The notes under the pieces were generated by a model, which saw only the letters and a program-made list of their open reading frames with translations, did not search any database and was not told the DNA's origin. A DNA stretch of 64,000 bases, taken from an uncultured delta proteobacterium (GTDB taxonomy: Bacteria; Myxococcota; Myxococcia; Myxococcales; Myxococcaceae). Position numbers and translations under genes: made by a program. Where the stretch lies: the NCBI GenBank assembly GCA_963713045.1, contig CAVQKE010000004.1, forward strand, positions 480,001-544,000. Reading direction: 5' to 3'. Shown here in pieces: positions 1 to 9,062 of the stretch. Position 1 is the first letter of the stretch. Each line of letters begins with the position of its first letter.

Positions 1-2
1 CT

Positions 3-974
3 GCGCTTTTCGCCGGTCTGCCCGACTCGGTGAGCTGCACCACGCTCAACAAGGTGTGCGGTTCCGGCCTCCAGGCCGTGGTGGCCGCCGCCCACGCCAT
101 CGCCGTCGGAGACGCCGAGGTGGTGATTGCCGGGGGAATGGAATCCATGAGCAACGCCCCCTACCTAAGCCACACCATGCGGACCGGGGCACGCATGGGG
201 AACGTCGAGTTCAAGGACGCGATGATTTTGGACGGGCTGTGGGATGTCTACAACCAACAGCACATGGGCATGTGCGCTGAGGCCTGCGCCGCGGAATACA
301 AAATCAGCCGGGCCGCCCAGGACGAGTTTGCAGTCGAATCCACCAACCGAGCGATTCGTGCTCAGAAGGAGGGCGCCTTCAAGGCCGAGATTGTCGGCGT
401 CAGCGTGCCCCAGAAGAAGGGCGACCCCATCCTGGTGACCGAGGACGAGGGCCCCAAATCAGCCAGGCCGGAAAAAATCGCCACCCTCAAGCCCGTTTTC
501 AAGAAGGACGGCACGGTGACCGCGGCCAACGCCTCCAGCATCAACGACGGCGGTGCGGCGGTGGTGGTGATGAGCGCTGAACGAGCCAAGGCCGAGGGCC
601 GCACCATCCTCGCTCGCATTGTCGGACAGGCGTCCGCTGCGCGGAAGCCCGTGGAATTCACGGTTGCACCGGCCGACGCCATCAACAAACTGCTCGCCAA
701 GACTGGCCGTCGCGCGAGCGAGGTGGACCTTTGGGAAATCAACGAGGCTTTTGCGGTGGTGGCCATTGTCAACAACCAGCTGCTCAAGCTGGACCCAGCC
801 AAGGTCAATGTCCGTGGCGGCGCCACCTCCCTCGGGCATCCCATCGGCGCCTCAGGGGCGAGAATTCTCACCACGCTGCTGTACGCAATGAAGGACTTCA
901 ACAAGAAGCTCGGCGTGGCCTCCCTGTGCATCGGCGGCGGAGAGGGCATCGCGCTCATGGTTGAGCGGCCGTAG
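3..974 (+). CDS. Acetyl-CoA C-acetyltransferase (thiolase), 5' end truncated by window edge
   Basis: NKVCGSG, NEAF, GHPIGASG and SLCIGGGEG thiolase motifs; frame is open back to position 3. Confidence 0.95.
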   Translation, partial: ALFAGLPDSVSCTTLNKVCGSGLQAVVAAAHAIAVGDAEVVIAGGMESMSNAPYLSHTMRTGARMGNVEFKDAMILDGLWDVYNQQHMGMCAEACAAEYKISRAAQDEFAVESTNRAIRAQKEGAFKAEIVGVSVPQKKGDPILVTEDEGPKSARPEKIATLKPVFKKDGTVTAANASSINDGGAAVVVMSAERAKAEGRTILARIVGQASAARKPVEFTVAPADAINKLLAKTGRRASEVDLWEINEAFAVVAIVNNQLLKLDPAKVNVRGGATSLGHPIGASGARILTTLLYAMKDFNKKLGVASLCIGGGEGIALMVERP

Positions 975-985
975 CTGCTTGCACT

Positions 986-1309
986 GTGGCCAGGAGTCTT
1001 CCACCTCCCAAGGGCTTCCTCCTGCGCACCGGGCAGCGGTGGCGCTATGAGCTGCCAGCAGCGGGCTTCATTTCCTGTGGCATCGCACTGATGCTCGGCG
1101 GCGGGCGGAGGAGTCCGCTCTTGCTCGGGCTGGCCATCGCAAACTTCGTCCTCATGTGCCTGTGGGCCCGTTGCCCCAGGTGTGGGACTGCCGTGGTGTG
1201 GCGCGTTCTCACCCGGACCAGCGTCTGGCGGTGGATGAGCGCCGTCCTGGACCTCCGGCAATGTCCGGCGTGCCGCTTCGAAGGCTCAACCCATGAAGCC
1301 AGAGGCTGA
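986..1309 (+). CDS. Small membrane protein with two CxxC pairs (putative zinc ribbon)
   Basis: Two hydrophobic segments followed by CPRC...CPAC; fills the gap after the thiolase, same strand. Confidence 0.55.
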   Translation: MARSLPPPKGFLLRTGQRWRYELPAAGFISCGIALMLGGGRRSPLLLGLAIANFVLMCLWARCPRCGTAVVWRVLTRTSVWRWMSAVLDLRQCPACRFEGSTHEARG

Positions 1310-1429
1310 CCCGGGGCGGCCACCGTTGGGGAATGCCTCCCCCAGTTCTAGCGGCTGCGGCCGCGACTGGCGTACAAGCCCCTGCACATAGCAGCCCTCA
1401 GCCAGCCGTTCCCCCCCAGGAGCGATGAC

Positions 1430-2128
1430 ATGAACAAAGTCGTGCCGTCAGCCGATGCGGCAGTCGCGGACATCCCAGATGGGGCCGTCATCATGAGCGG
1501 CGGCTTTGGGCTGTGCGGCAACCCCGAGAATCTCATCGCCGCGCTCCACCGCAGAGGTTCGAAGGACCTCACCATCATCTCCAACAACTGCGGGACCACC
1601 GAGCTTGGTCTTGGCATCCTGCTCAAAGCTCGCCAGGTGAAGAAGATGGTGGCCAGCTACGTCGGCGAGAATAAGGAGTTCGAGCGCCAGCTGCTCGCCG
1701 GCGAGCTCCAGGTGGAGCTCACTCCGCAGGGCACACTCGCCGAGCGCATTCGGGCCGGTGGGTGCGGCATCGGGGGGTTCTTGACTCAGACGGGCGTCGG
1801 CACCGACATTGCGAAGGGCAAAGAGGTCCGCACCATCGACGGGCGCGAGTACCTGCTGGAGCTCCCGCTCAAGGCGGACTTCGCGCTCATCCGGGCCTTT
1901 CGCGCCGACAAATGGGGCAACTGCGTTTTTCGCGAGACGGCCCGCAACTTTTCCCCGCTGATGGCCATGGCTGCCCGCACCACCATCGTCGAGGCCGAGC
2001 ACTTGGTCGAAGTGGGCCAACTGGACCCCGACCAGGTGCACACCCCAAGCATCTTTGTGCACCGCGTCTTCCAGGGTCGCGACCATCAGAAGTGGATAGA
2101 GAAGCGCACCGTTCGACCGCGGCGCTAA
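1430..2128 (+). CDS. scoA: 3-oxoacid CoA-transferase subunit A
   Basis: GGFGLCGNPENLI, SNNCG and PQGTLAERIRAGG motifs; AGGAG RBS. Confidence 0.95.
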   Translation: MNKVVPSADAAVADIPDGAVIMSGGFGLCGNPENLIAALHRRGSKDLTIISNNCGTTELGLGILLKARQVKKMVASYVGENKEFERQLLAGELQVELTPQGTLAERIRAGGCGIGGFLTQTGVGTDIAKGKEVRTIDGREYLLELPLKADFALIRAFRADKWGNCVFRETARNFSPLMAMAARTTIVEAEHLVEVGQLDPDQVHTPSIFVHRVFQGRDHQKWIEKRTVRPRR

Positions 2129-2146
2129 ACCCCAGGGGAGACCAAC

Positions 2147-2800
2147 ATGGCTTTAACTCGTGAGCAGGTGGCCCAGCGCGTCGCCCTTGAGCTGAGGGAC
2201 GGCTTCTACGTCAATTTGGGCATCGGTTTGCCGACGCTCGTCGCCAACTACATTCCGCCCGGAATCGACATCCTGCTGCATTCGGAAAACGGACTGCTGG
2301 GCATTGGGCCGTGGCCTTTGGAAGGGGAGGAGGACCCGGACCTCATCAACGCCGGCAAGGAGACGGTGACGGCCGTCAAGGGCGCTTCGTTTTTCGACTC
2401 CGCCAATTCGTTCGGGATGATTCGCGGCGGCCACATCGAGTTCGCCGTACTGGGGGCGATGGAGGTCAGCGAGCATGGTGACCTGGCGAATTGGCTGATA
2501 CCTGGCAAGATGGTCAAGGGCATGGGGGGAGCGATGGACCTGGCCACTGGGGCCAAGCGCATCTACGTCGCCATGGAGCACGTCGCCAAGGACAAGCCCA
2601 AAATCCTCAAGAAGTGCTCGCTGCCCCTCACGCGGCCGCGGTGCGTTCATCACATCGTCACCGACCTCGCATTCATCGATGTGACGCCTGAGGGGTTGCT
2701 GCTGCGCGAAGTGGCCCAGGGAGTCACCCCCGAACTAGTGCAGGCCCTGACCGAACCCCGCCTGCGCATTGCCCCCGACCTCCGAGAAATGCCGGTCTAG
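2147..2800 (+). CDS. scoB: 3-oxoacid CoA-transferase subunit B
   Basis: VNLGIGLPT, catalytic [13 protein letters not shown]; follows subunit A. Confidence 0.95.
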   Translation: MALTREQVAQRVALELRDGFYVNLGIGLPTLVANYIPPGIDILLHSENGLLGIGPWPLEGEEDPDLINAGKETVTAVKGASFFDSANSFGMIRGGHIEFAVLGAMEVSEHGDLANWLIPGKMVKGMGGAMDLATGAKRIYVAMEHVAKDKPKILKKCSLPLTRPRCVHHIVTDLAFIDVTPEGLLLREVAQGVTPELVQALTEPRLRIAPDLREMPV

Positions 2801-2867
2801 CGGACCGCGGCCCGGTTCCTCTGCTAAACTAAAAACGGGTGTCCCACTGGGGGCGCCTTCCCGGGCC

Positions 2868-3260
2868 ATGGTGGACAAGCCGGACAACAACAGCGGGCGT
2901 CGCGACGACCGTCTCCAGCACGAGTTGCTGGTCGCCTACCGTTACCCAACTGTGGACGGATTCTTGACCGACTGGGCCACCAACCTGTCCCGGGGTGGCA
3001 TTTTCATCAACACCCGCAGCCCAGCCGACTTGGGCACTGTGGTGCGACTCATCCTCGAGCTGCCCGGAACCCCGGTCCCCTTTGAGCTTCGGGGCAGGGT
3101 CGCCCGTGTGCACGAATTCGACAATCCCACCAACCAAGTACCGGGGATGGCCATTGAATTCGTGGATGTCGATGACGCGCTCAAGGCGCAAATCGAGCAA
3201 TTTGTCGAACAGCTGCGCCAGGCGCTGCCCGATGCGGGGCGCATCCCGCGGACGCTTTAA
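2868..3260 (+). CDS. TIGR02266-type PilZ-domain protein
   Basis: RRDDR, NLSRGGIFI and PGMAIEF motifs; ATG at 2868 preferred to the track start. Confidence 0.85.
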   Translation: MVDKPDNNSGRRDDRLQHELLVAYRYPTVDGFLTDWATNLSRGGIFINTRSPADLGTVVRLILELPGTPVPFELRGRVARVHEFDNPTNQVPGMAIEFVDVDDALKAQIEQFVEQLRQALPDAGRIPRTL

Positions 3261-3265
3261 GACGC

Positions 3266-4609
3266 GTGGGGCGCGGGCCCACCAGCCCTCAAGCAGCTGC
3301 ACTCCTTGAGGTGTCCGTCGACCGCCTTGGCCTCGAGGGGGAGGGCATTGCCAACCACGCCGGCCGGGCCCTCTTCATCCCAGGCGCGTTGCCCGGCGAG
3401 CGGGTCCGCGTGCGTCTCGAGAGCAAAGGCAAGGTGTTGCGCGGGCGCCTTGAGGACGTCCTCGTCCCCAGTCCTCAGCGACGCACGCCGTACTGCCCGC
3501 TGGCCGACCGCTGTGGCGGCTGCGACTGGATGCAACTTGTCCCCGAGGCGCAGGTTGTGGAGAAACAACGCCTCGTCCTCGACGCGCTGACGCGCATCGG
3601 CCGGGTGCCTGGCGGCAGCTTTGAGGTCTTGCCACCGGCCGGGACGGGAACGGACGCCGGCACGCGACGCCGCGCAATTCTTCACCGAGTGTCCCATGGC
3701 CTTGGGTTCTTTGGACGGCGCAGTCACGAAGCGGTCCGGGTGGACACGTGCCCCGCGCTGGTTCGCCGGCTGGCCAATTTGCCTGGGCATCTCGCCCCGC
3801 TGCTCCAGCCCATCGCCCGCAGCCTCAAAGCGGTGCACCTGCTCGCCGCGGACGACCGCAGCAACTCCTTCGCTCTGGTGCTGGATGGCCCGGTCCGCCA
3901 GAGAGTGCGGGAGGTGGCGGAAGGCCTCGTCCGCACCGCCGTTGCCCAGGGGGTGGTGCTCATCGAGCCCGAGGGTCGTTTCGAAGAAGTCGGTAAGCCG
4001 GTACTGGAGGCTCCAGCCCCGGGCCGGCCGGAGGTGCGGTTGCGGCTGCGGCCGGACGCGTTTGCCCAGGCCCACTCCGAAGGTGTCGCAGTGCTGGTGG
4101 AGCGAGCGCTGCAGCTGCTGGCCCCGCGGCCGGAGGCGCGCGCCCTTGAACTCTACGCCGGCAACGGCACCTTCACCTTCGCCCTAGCAGCCCGCGTCAC
4201 CTCGGTGGTAGCCGTCGAGTCCTCAGCGGTCTCGATTTCGCTCGCTTCTGCGGCGAGCAGGGCCGCAGGCATTACCAACATTCGGTTTGTGAACGGCGAC
4301 GCGGGCCGAGTCACCGAGGGCCTGGCAGGGGAGGGCGTGCGCTTCGACGTCCTGTTGGCCGACCCACCCCGCACCGGCGCCCCCAAACTCGCGCAGCTCG
4401 CCCTCGAAGTCGGGGTCCAAAGGCTGGTGTACGTCGGTTGCGATGCGGGCTCGCTGGCCCGCGACGCGGGCCGCCTGGTGCAAGCCGGCTTTCGGTTGGA
4501 GACGCTTCAGCTGGTGGACCTCTTCCCGAACACGCACCACGTCGAGGCGCTGCTCGCATTCTCGATTGGAGCGGCCCGAGGCTCCCCTTCAGTGTCGACG
4601 AGGCATTAG
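3266..4609 (+). CDS. rlmD: TRAM-domain RNA uracil-5-methyltransferase (RlmD/TrmA family)
   Basis: TRAM GALPGERV, Fe-S motif CxxxxxCGGC, ELYAGNG, DPPRTG, YVGCD, DLFPNTHHVE; start uncertain. Confidence 0.85.
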   Translation: MGRGPTSPQAAALLEVSVDRLGLEGEGIANHAGRALFIPGALPGERVRVRLESKGKVLRGRLEDVLVPSPQRRTPYCPLADRCGGCDWMQLVPEAQVVEKQRLVLDALTRIGRVPGGSFEVLPPAGTGTDAGTRRRAILHRVSHGLGFFGRRSHEAVRVDTCPALVRRLANLPGHLAPLLQPIARSLKAVHLLAADDRSNSFALVLDGPVRQRVREVAEGLVRTAVAQGVVLIEPEGRFEEVGKPVLEAPAPGRPEVRLRLRPDAFAQAHSEGVAVLVERALQLLAPRPEARALELYAGNGTFTFALAARVTSVVAVESSAVSISLASAASRAAGITNIRFVNGDAGRVTEGLAGEGVRFDVLLADPPRTGAPKLAQLALEVGVQRLVYVGCDAGSLARDAGRLVQAGFRLETLQLVDLFPNTHHVEALLAFSIGAARGSPSVSTRH

Positions 4610-4624
4610 GATGCTCCGAAGGCC

Positions 4625-6022
4625 ATGGAAGCCCGCGTCGTCGAATTCGCCGAAGTCCTCCGTCAGAATGGGATACGGGTCAGCACGTCCGAAGTGATGG
4701 ACGGCGCTCGCGCGGCGGCACTGGTCGACCTTTCCGAACGCGAGAACCTTCGGAGCGTGCTTAGGACGACTCTGGTCAAGCGGTCGGCGGACGTCGAAGT
4801 CTTCGACCGAGCCTTCTTCCTCTTCTTTTCCGGGGCGACGCGGACCTTGGAAGCCCTCGAGGCTTCCCTCTTGGCCGCTCTCGAGGAACAGGGCCTCTTG
4901 TCCGGCGAAGAGCTGGCGAAAGTTCTGGCCGGACTTCGGGCTCTGAGCGGCCAGTTGGCACCGCTCAGCGACGCGGTCCTGGCCGGAGACCGTGCTCGGC
5001 TAGCTCATCTGTTGCGGGGCGCAGCCCTGCAGCTCGACTTCAGCCAGCTGCAAAGTCCACTTCAGTCGGGCTTTTTTGCACGCCGACTCCTCGCTGCCGC
5101 AGGGGGAGACCGACTTCACGGCGACCTCGAAGTCCTCGAAGCAGACCTCATCCGGCGAGGACTGTCGACCGCCGGTGTGGAGGTAGTGAGTCGGCGCCTC
5201 GCGGCGGCCCTGCGCGGCGTGGAGGCGGCGGCGCGCCGAGAGGTCGAACGCCAGGCACGGGCGCGCATTCGCCGACTGGACGGCCCGTTGGCCGAGCGCT
5301 CCCTCCAAGGCCTGTCGCGAGCCGAGCTGGCCCAGGCCGAGACCGCGGTGCGGAAGCTGGCCGAGCGCCTCAAGGCGCGCCTGTTGCGGCGCGAGCGCTC
5401 CCGTCGAAAGGGGGCCCTCAATGTGCGCCGAACGCTCCGCGGAAATATGGTGTGGGGTGGAGTGCCAATGGTTCCTCGGTTTCGCTCCCGACGGCCCGAG
5501 CGTCCGGAGGTGGTGGTGTTGTGCGACGTCTCGGAGTCGGTAAGGAACGTCAGCCGGCTGATGCTTCTTTTCATGCACACCCTTCAGTCACTTTTCGCAA
5601 GGGTGCGCTCCTTTGTCTTCGTTTCCGATTTGGGAGAGGTCACCGAGTACTTTCGGCTGCTGGCGCCGGAGCAAGCCATCGACCGCGCCGTCGCCGGCCA
5701 GGCCGTGTCGCTGCAGTCCAACTCAAACTACGGGCTGGCCTTCACCCGCTTCGTCCAGCGCGAGCTTGCCAGCATTCGCGCACGCACCACAGTTTTGGTG
5801 ATTGGCGACGGGCGCAACAACTACCACGCCTCTGGAGCGTGGGCCCTACGGGACATCCGCCGAAAAGCGCGTCGGCTGCTGTGGATTTGTCCCGAGGACA
5901 AGCAGGCCTGGGGGTTGGGAGACAGCGAGATGCGAACCTACGCCGCCATCTGCCAGCAAGTGAAGGTGGTCCGGAGTCTCGAGGACTTGACGCGCGTTGC
6001 CGATGCGCTGGTGCCGCGATGA
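4625..6022 (+). CDS. CoxE-like VWA-domain protein
   Basis: FAEVLRQNGIRVS N-terminus, MIDAS DVSES, IGDGRNNY. Confidence 0.85.
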   Translation: MEARVVEFAEVLRQNGIRVSTSEVMDGARAAALVDLSERENLRSVLRTTLVKRSADVEVFDRAFFLFFSGATRTLEALEASLLAALEEQGLLSGEELAKVLAGLRALSGQLAPLSDAVLAGDRARLAHLLRGAALQLDFSQLQSPLQSGFFARRLLAAAGGDRLHGDLEVLEADLIRRGLSTAGVEVVSRRLAAALRGVEAAARREVERQARARIRRLDGPLAERSLQGLSRAELAQAETAVRKLAERLKARLLRRERSRRKGALNVRRTLRGNMVWGGVPMVPRFRSRRPERPEVVVLCDVSESVRNVSRLMLLFMHTLQSLFARVRSFVFVSDLGEVTEYFRLLAPEQAIDRAVAGQAVSLQSNSNYGLAFTRFVQRELASIRARTTVLVIGDGRNNYHASGAWALRDIRRKARRLLWICPEDKQAWGLGDSEMRTYAAICQQVKVVRSLEDLTRVADALVPR

Positions 6023-6495
6023 GCCGCCGACCAGGAACGCCGGAGCCGACGTTTTCGCGAGCGGACGCGCCCACCCTCGCGCTTTCCACCGTCCATCTGG
6101 ACGTTGCGAGACTGCGTCAACTGCTGGTCTTTGAGCGAACCCTGCTTCGGCTGGCTCCACCGGGTTGCTCGGCCGAGCAGACGGCCAAGGCCCACGCCGC
6201 TGCCGTCGCTGCGTCCGGAGTTGCGGCCTCAGAGGTCGAGGCGCCACTGGCTCTCCTGCGCCGCTTTGCGTCCAATCGCTCACTTGCGGCGAGCCTCACC
6301 GAGCGTCTGGGCCACCTCAGCGCGCGCGCCGCCCACGACGCGGTCGCAGAGGAGCAAGCCGCCGAGGTGCGTCGTCGGCTGGTTACCCTCGAAGAGGCGC
6401 TCCACATTCGGGAGGATCCGACCACCTGGCGCCTTCTCGAAAGCCATGCCACTGAGATTCTCGCCCTCTTTGCGGGCACATCCCCTGGCAAGTAA
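6019..6495 (+). CDS. Hypothetical helical protein
   Basis: ATG at 6019 overlaps the VWA stop (ATGA); Ala/Leu/Glu-rich 3' part of track ORF 5452..6495. Confidence 0.6.
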   Translation: MSRRPGTPEPTFSRADAPTLALSTVHLDVARLRQLLVFERTLLRLAPPGCSAEQTAKAHAAAVAASGVAASEVEAPLALLRRFASNRSLAASLTERLGHLSARAAHDAVAEEQAAEVRRRLVTLEEALHIREDPTTWRLLESHATEILALFAGTSPGK

Positions 6496-6576
6496 CGTGC
6501 TTCGGGAGGAAGCGGGGCCCTGTTTCCTGCAGCGACCTATGGCTCTCCTCGTCCTGCCATCCGGGGCCACACATCG

Positions 6577-7443
6577 ATGACGTCCCTGGCGGCAGTTCTC
6601 CTCACGCTGACCAACGGTGCCTTTCCCGGCGCCTATCCCGCAGACCAGGAGGTCATCGGCTCTCCCCAGACGCACCTGGTGGCGGAGGACGAATCGCTCA
6701 TCGAAATCGCCCGAAGTTACGACCTTGGCTACAACGCCATCGTCGCGGCGAACCCGACGCTCGATCCTTTCGTCCCCGGAACAGGGAAGACGGTGGAGGT
6801 GCCGACGGCGTGGATACTCCCACGGGCAGCGGCGCCCGGGAGGCTGGTGGTCAACCTGTCGGAGCTGCGACTGTATTTCTTCGCGCCGCCCGGCCGAAAT
6901 GACCCGGGCTGGGTGGTCACCTTTCCCATCGGCATCGGTGACGAGGGGGCAGAAACACCCCTCGGGAAGTTTCAGGTCGTCGCCCGGGAGCACAATCCGG
7001 TCTGGCGGGTTCCGCTCTCCATCCAGCGTGAAGAGCCGGGCACTCCCGCCCGAGTGCCACCGGGACCCGACAACCCGCTCGGCACCCATGCTCTGGTGCT
7101 GTCAGGTCCATCCATTCTCATCCATGGCACCAACAAACCCTGGGGCGTCGGCCGGCGGGTCAGTCACGGCTGTCTGCGCCTCTATCCGGAGGACATCCCA
7201 TGGCTTTATGGGCTGGTCCACATCGGGACCGACGTCATCATCGAGCGAGAGCCGGTGAAAGTCGGGCTGCACAACAACCGGGTGTACGTCGAGGTACACG
7301 CTGATGAAGAAGCCCCGCCCGACGAGGCCGCTATCGCCAAGCGACTTTTCGCCGGCAGGGGCTTACTCAGGCGCGTAAGCCCAAGCAAGCTCCGGGCGGC
7401 GCTGCAGCAGCAGAGCGGGATGCCAGTCGATGTAACCCGCTGA
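6577..7443 (+). CDS. L,D-transpeptidase (ErfK/YbiS/YcfS/YnhG type; LysM + YkuD)
   Basis: Signal peptide, LysM-like IARSYDLGYNAIVAANP, catalytic IHGT...SHGCLRL. Confidence 0.93.
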   Translation: MTSLAAVLLTLTNGAFPGAYPADQEVIGSPQTHLVAEDESLIEIARSYDLGYNAIVAANPTLDPFVPGTGKTVEVPTAWILPRAAAPGRLVVNLSELRLYFFAPPGRNDPGWVVTFPIGIGDEGAETPLGKFQVVAREHNPVWRVPLSIQREEPGTPARVPPGPDNPLGTHALVLSGPSILIHGTNKPWGVGRRVSHGCLRLYPEDIPWLYGLVHIGTDVIIEREPVKVGLHNNRVYVEVHADEEAPPDEAAIAKRLFAGRGLLRRVSPSKLRAALQQQSGMPVDVTR

Positions 7444-7466
7444 CCTCCCGCGTCGGTTGTCGAGTT

Positions 7467-7787
7467 CTACTTCTTCTGGTGAAGCGTGAACGCCTTGGTC
7501 GACCTGGAGGCAGCGGCTTCAGCGCGGTCCGCAGCAGCCTGTGCCTTCATGGCCGCATCCTGAGCCGCTTGGACGGCGGCCTTGTTGTCAGCAATTGAAG
7601 CCTTGATTGACTGGATGTCGGCTGTCTGCGCGGCGCTTTGCTTCTGGAGGTCGGCGAGCTGCGACTCGACCTTTGACAGCCGGTCGTTAATCGGGTCGAT
7701 CTGCTTCTTCACGTACTCTTCATTGACGCCGCAGCCGCTCACCAGGAGGGCGAACATCGCGGCACCCACTGCCACCAGTCGCTTCAT
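7467..7787 (-). CDS. Lpp/OprI-like alanine-zipper lipoprotein
   Basis: Lipobox LVSGC (Cys19), heptad coiled coil, Ala-rich AQAAADRAEAAA, C-terminal KK; 106 aa from ATG 7787. Confidence 0.8.
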   Translation of the reverse strand: MKRLVAVGAAMFALLVSGCGVNEEYVKKQIDPINDRLSKVESQLADLQKQSAAQTADIQSIKASIADNKAAVQAAQDAAMKAQAAADRAEAAASRSTKAFTLHQKK

Positions 7788-8144
7788 CGTGCTCCATCCT
7801 TTCCGTAAGACTGCTAAGGAGGGATTACCTGTTCGCGGCGAAGCCGTCCAGCGCTGGTCGTCATCGGCGCCAAGATTGGTCGCTTTGGGCCATCTCCGCA
7901 CAAGCGTTCAGACCCTCTGGACACACTCGATGCTCATGTTTGGGGTGCGCAGCGTCGGCAGCCGCTGGAGGTCGCCTACCGGCACCACCCCGACTTCCCG
8001 ACGACCCCGGCGTCGGGTGGCACAGACGCGCCACAAGGCAGTGGCCTGCGGTCTCTGTCGGGCACGGAGGCGCCGAGCCCTGGGTCAGTCCCAGCGATGT
8101 TCAGCCTGTGCCGGTGGCGGCCTTCGGGTTACAGAGACACTCCA

Positions 8145-9062
8145 ATGTCGATTCCCAGCATGGTGGTGGGCACCTCGCACATCGGCACAGTCCTGCCGGA
8201 CGAGCTCACTTCGAAAACCCTCCGCGCGAGGACCCTCCGTTATCTGGACGCGCTGGTCGACGCCGGCTGCACCGCCTTTGACTTGGCCGCCTCCTACCAA
8301 GTCGGTGGGACTGAAAGGATGTTTGGGAAATGGCTTGCATCGCGCAGAGACAGGGACCGCATCTTCCTCATTGGCAAGGGCGCCCATCCGTACCCTGTCA
8401 TTCGTCCTAACCGCCTCAATGGCGAAGCCATCGCGGCGGATTTGGATGCCACCCTCAAAAGGCTGGGAATTCAAAGGCTCGACCTGTATTTGATGCATCG
8501 CGACTCTCCGGGCGCGCCGCTCGAGCCAGTCGTTGCAGCGCTGGCCGCCGCGAGACAGGCTGGAAAAATCCTCGGTTGGGGAGTTTCGAACTGGACTCAC
8601 GAACGAATTCAGGCAATCGATGCCGTTGCACGCCGGGCGGGATTGCCCCCGATGGAGGCCAGTAGTCCGCATTTCTCTCTTGCGGACTGGGTCCGCCCAC
8701 CCTGGCCAGGCTCGGTCAGCATCGCCGGGCCTGCAAACCGTGAAGCGCGTAGTTTCTACCAGCGGTCTCAACTGCATGTGCTGGCGTGGTCCCCGTTGGC
8801 CTCAGGATTTCTCTCGTCCGGCGCTAGCAGCCGCACCTACGCTAGTCCCGCCAACATCGCCCGAAGACAGCGGCTGCAGGCACTGGCAAACCAACGGGGA
8901 GTCACGCCGTCCCAGCTTGGCCTCGCCTATCTGCTCAACCAGCCGTTTCCGGTGTCGCCCGTGGTTTCTGCAAGCACCGTCGAAAAGATGCGCGCCAATC
9001 TCGAAGCAGTCGCAATCCACCTTTCCCCCTCCGAGATTCTTGAGTTAGAGGGAGAGGGGTAG
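8145..9062 (+). CDS. Aldo/keto reductase
   Basis: FDLAASY, LDLYLMHRD, GVSNW, AWSPLASG; ATG at 8145 likely. Confidence 0.88.
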   Translation: MSIPSMVVGTSHIGTVLPDELTSKTLRARTLRYLDALVDAGCTAFDLAASYQVGGTERMFGKWLASRRDRDRIFLIGKGAHPYPVIRPNRLNGEAIAADLDATLKRLGIQRLDLYLMHRDSPGAPLEPVVAALAAARQAGKILGWGVSNWTHERIQAIDAVARRAGLPPMEASSPHFSLADWVRPPWPGSVSIAGPANREARSFYQRSQLHVLAWSPLASGFLSSGASSRTYASPANIARRQRLQALANQRGVTPSQLGLAYLLNQPFPVSPVVSASTVEKMRANLEAVAIHLSPSEILELEGEG

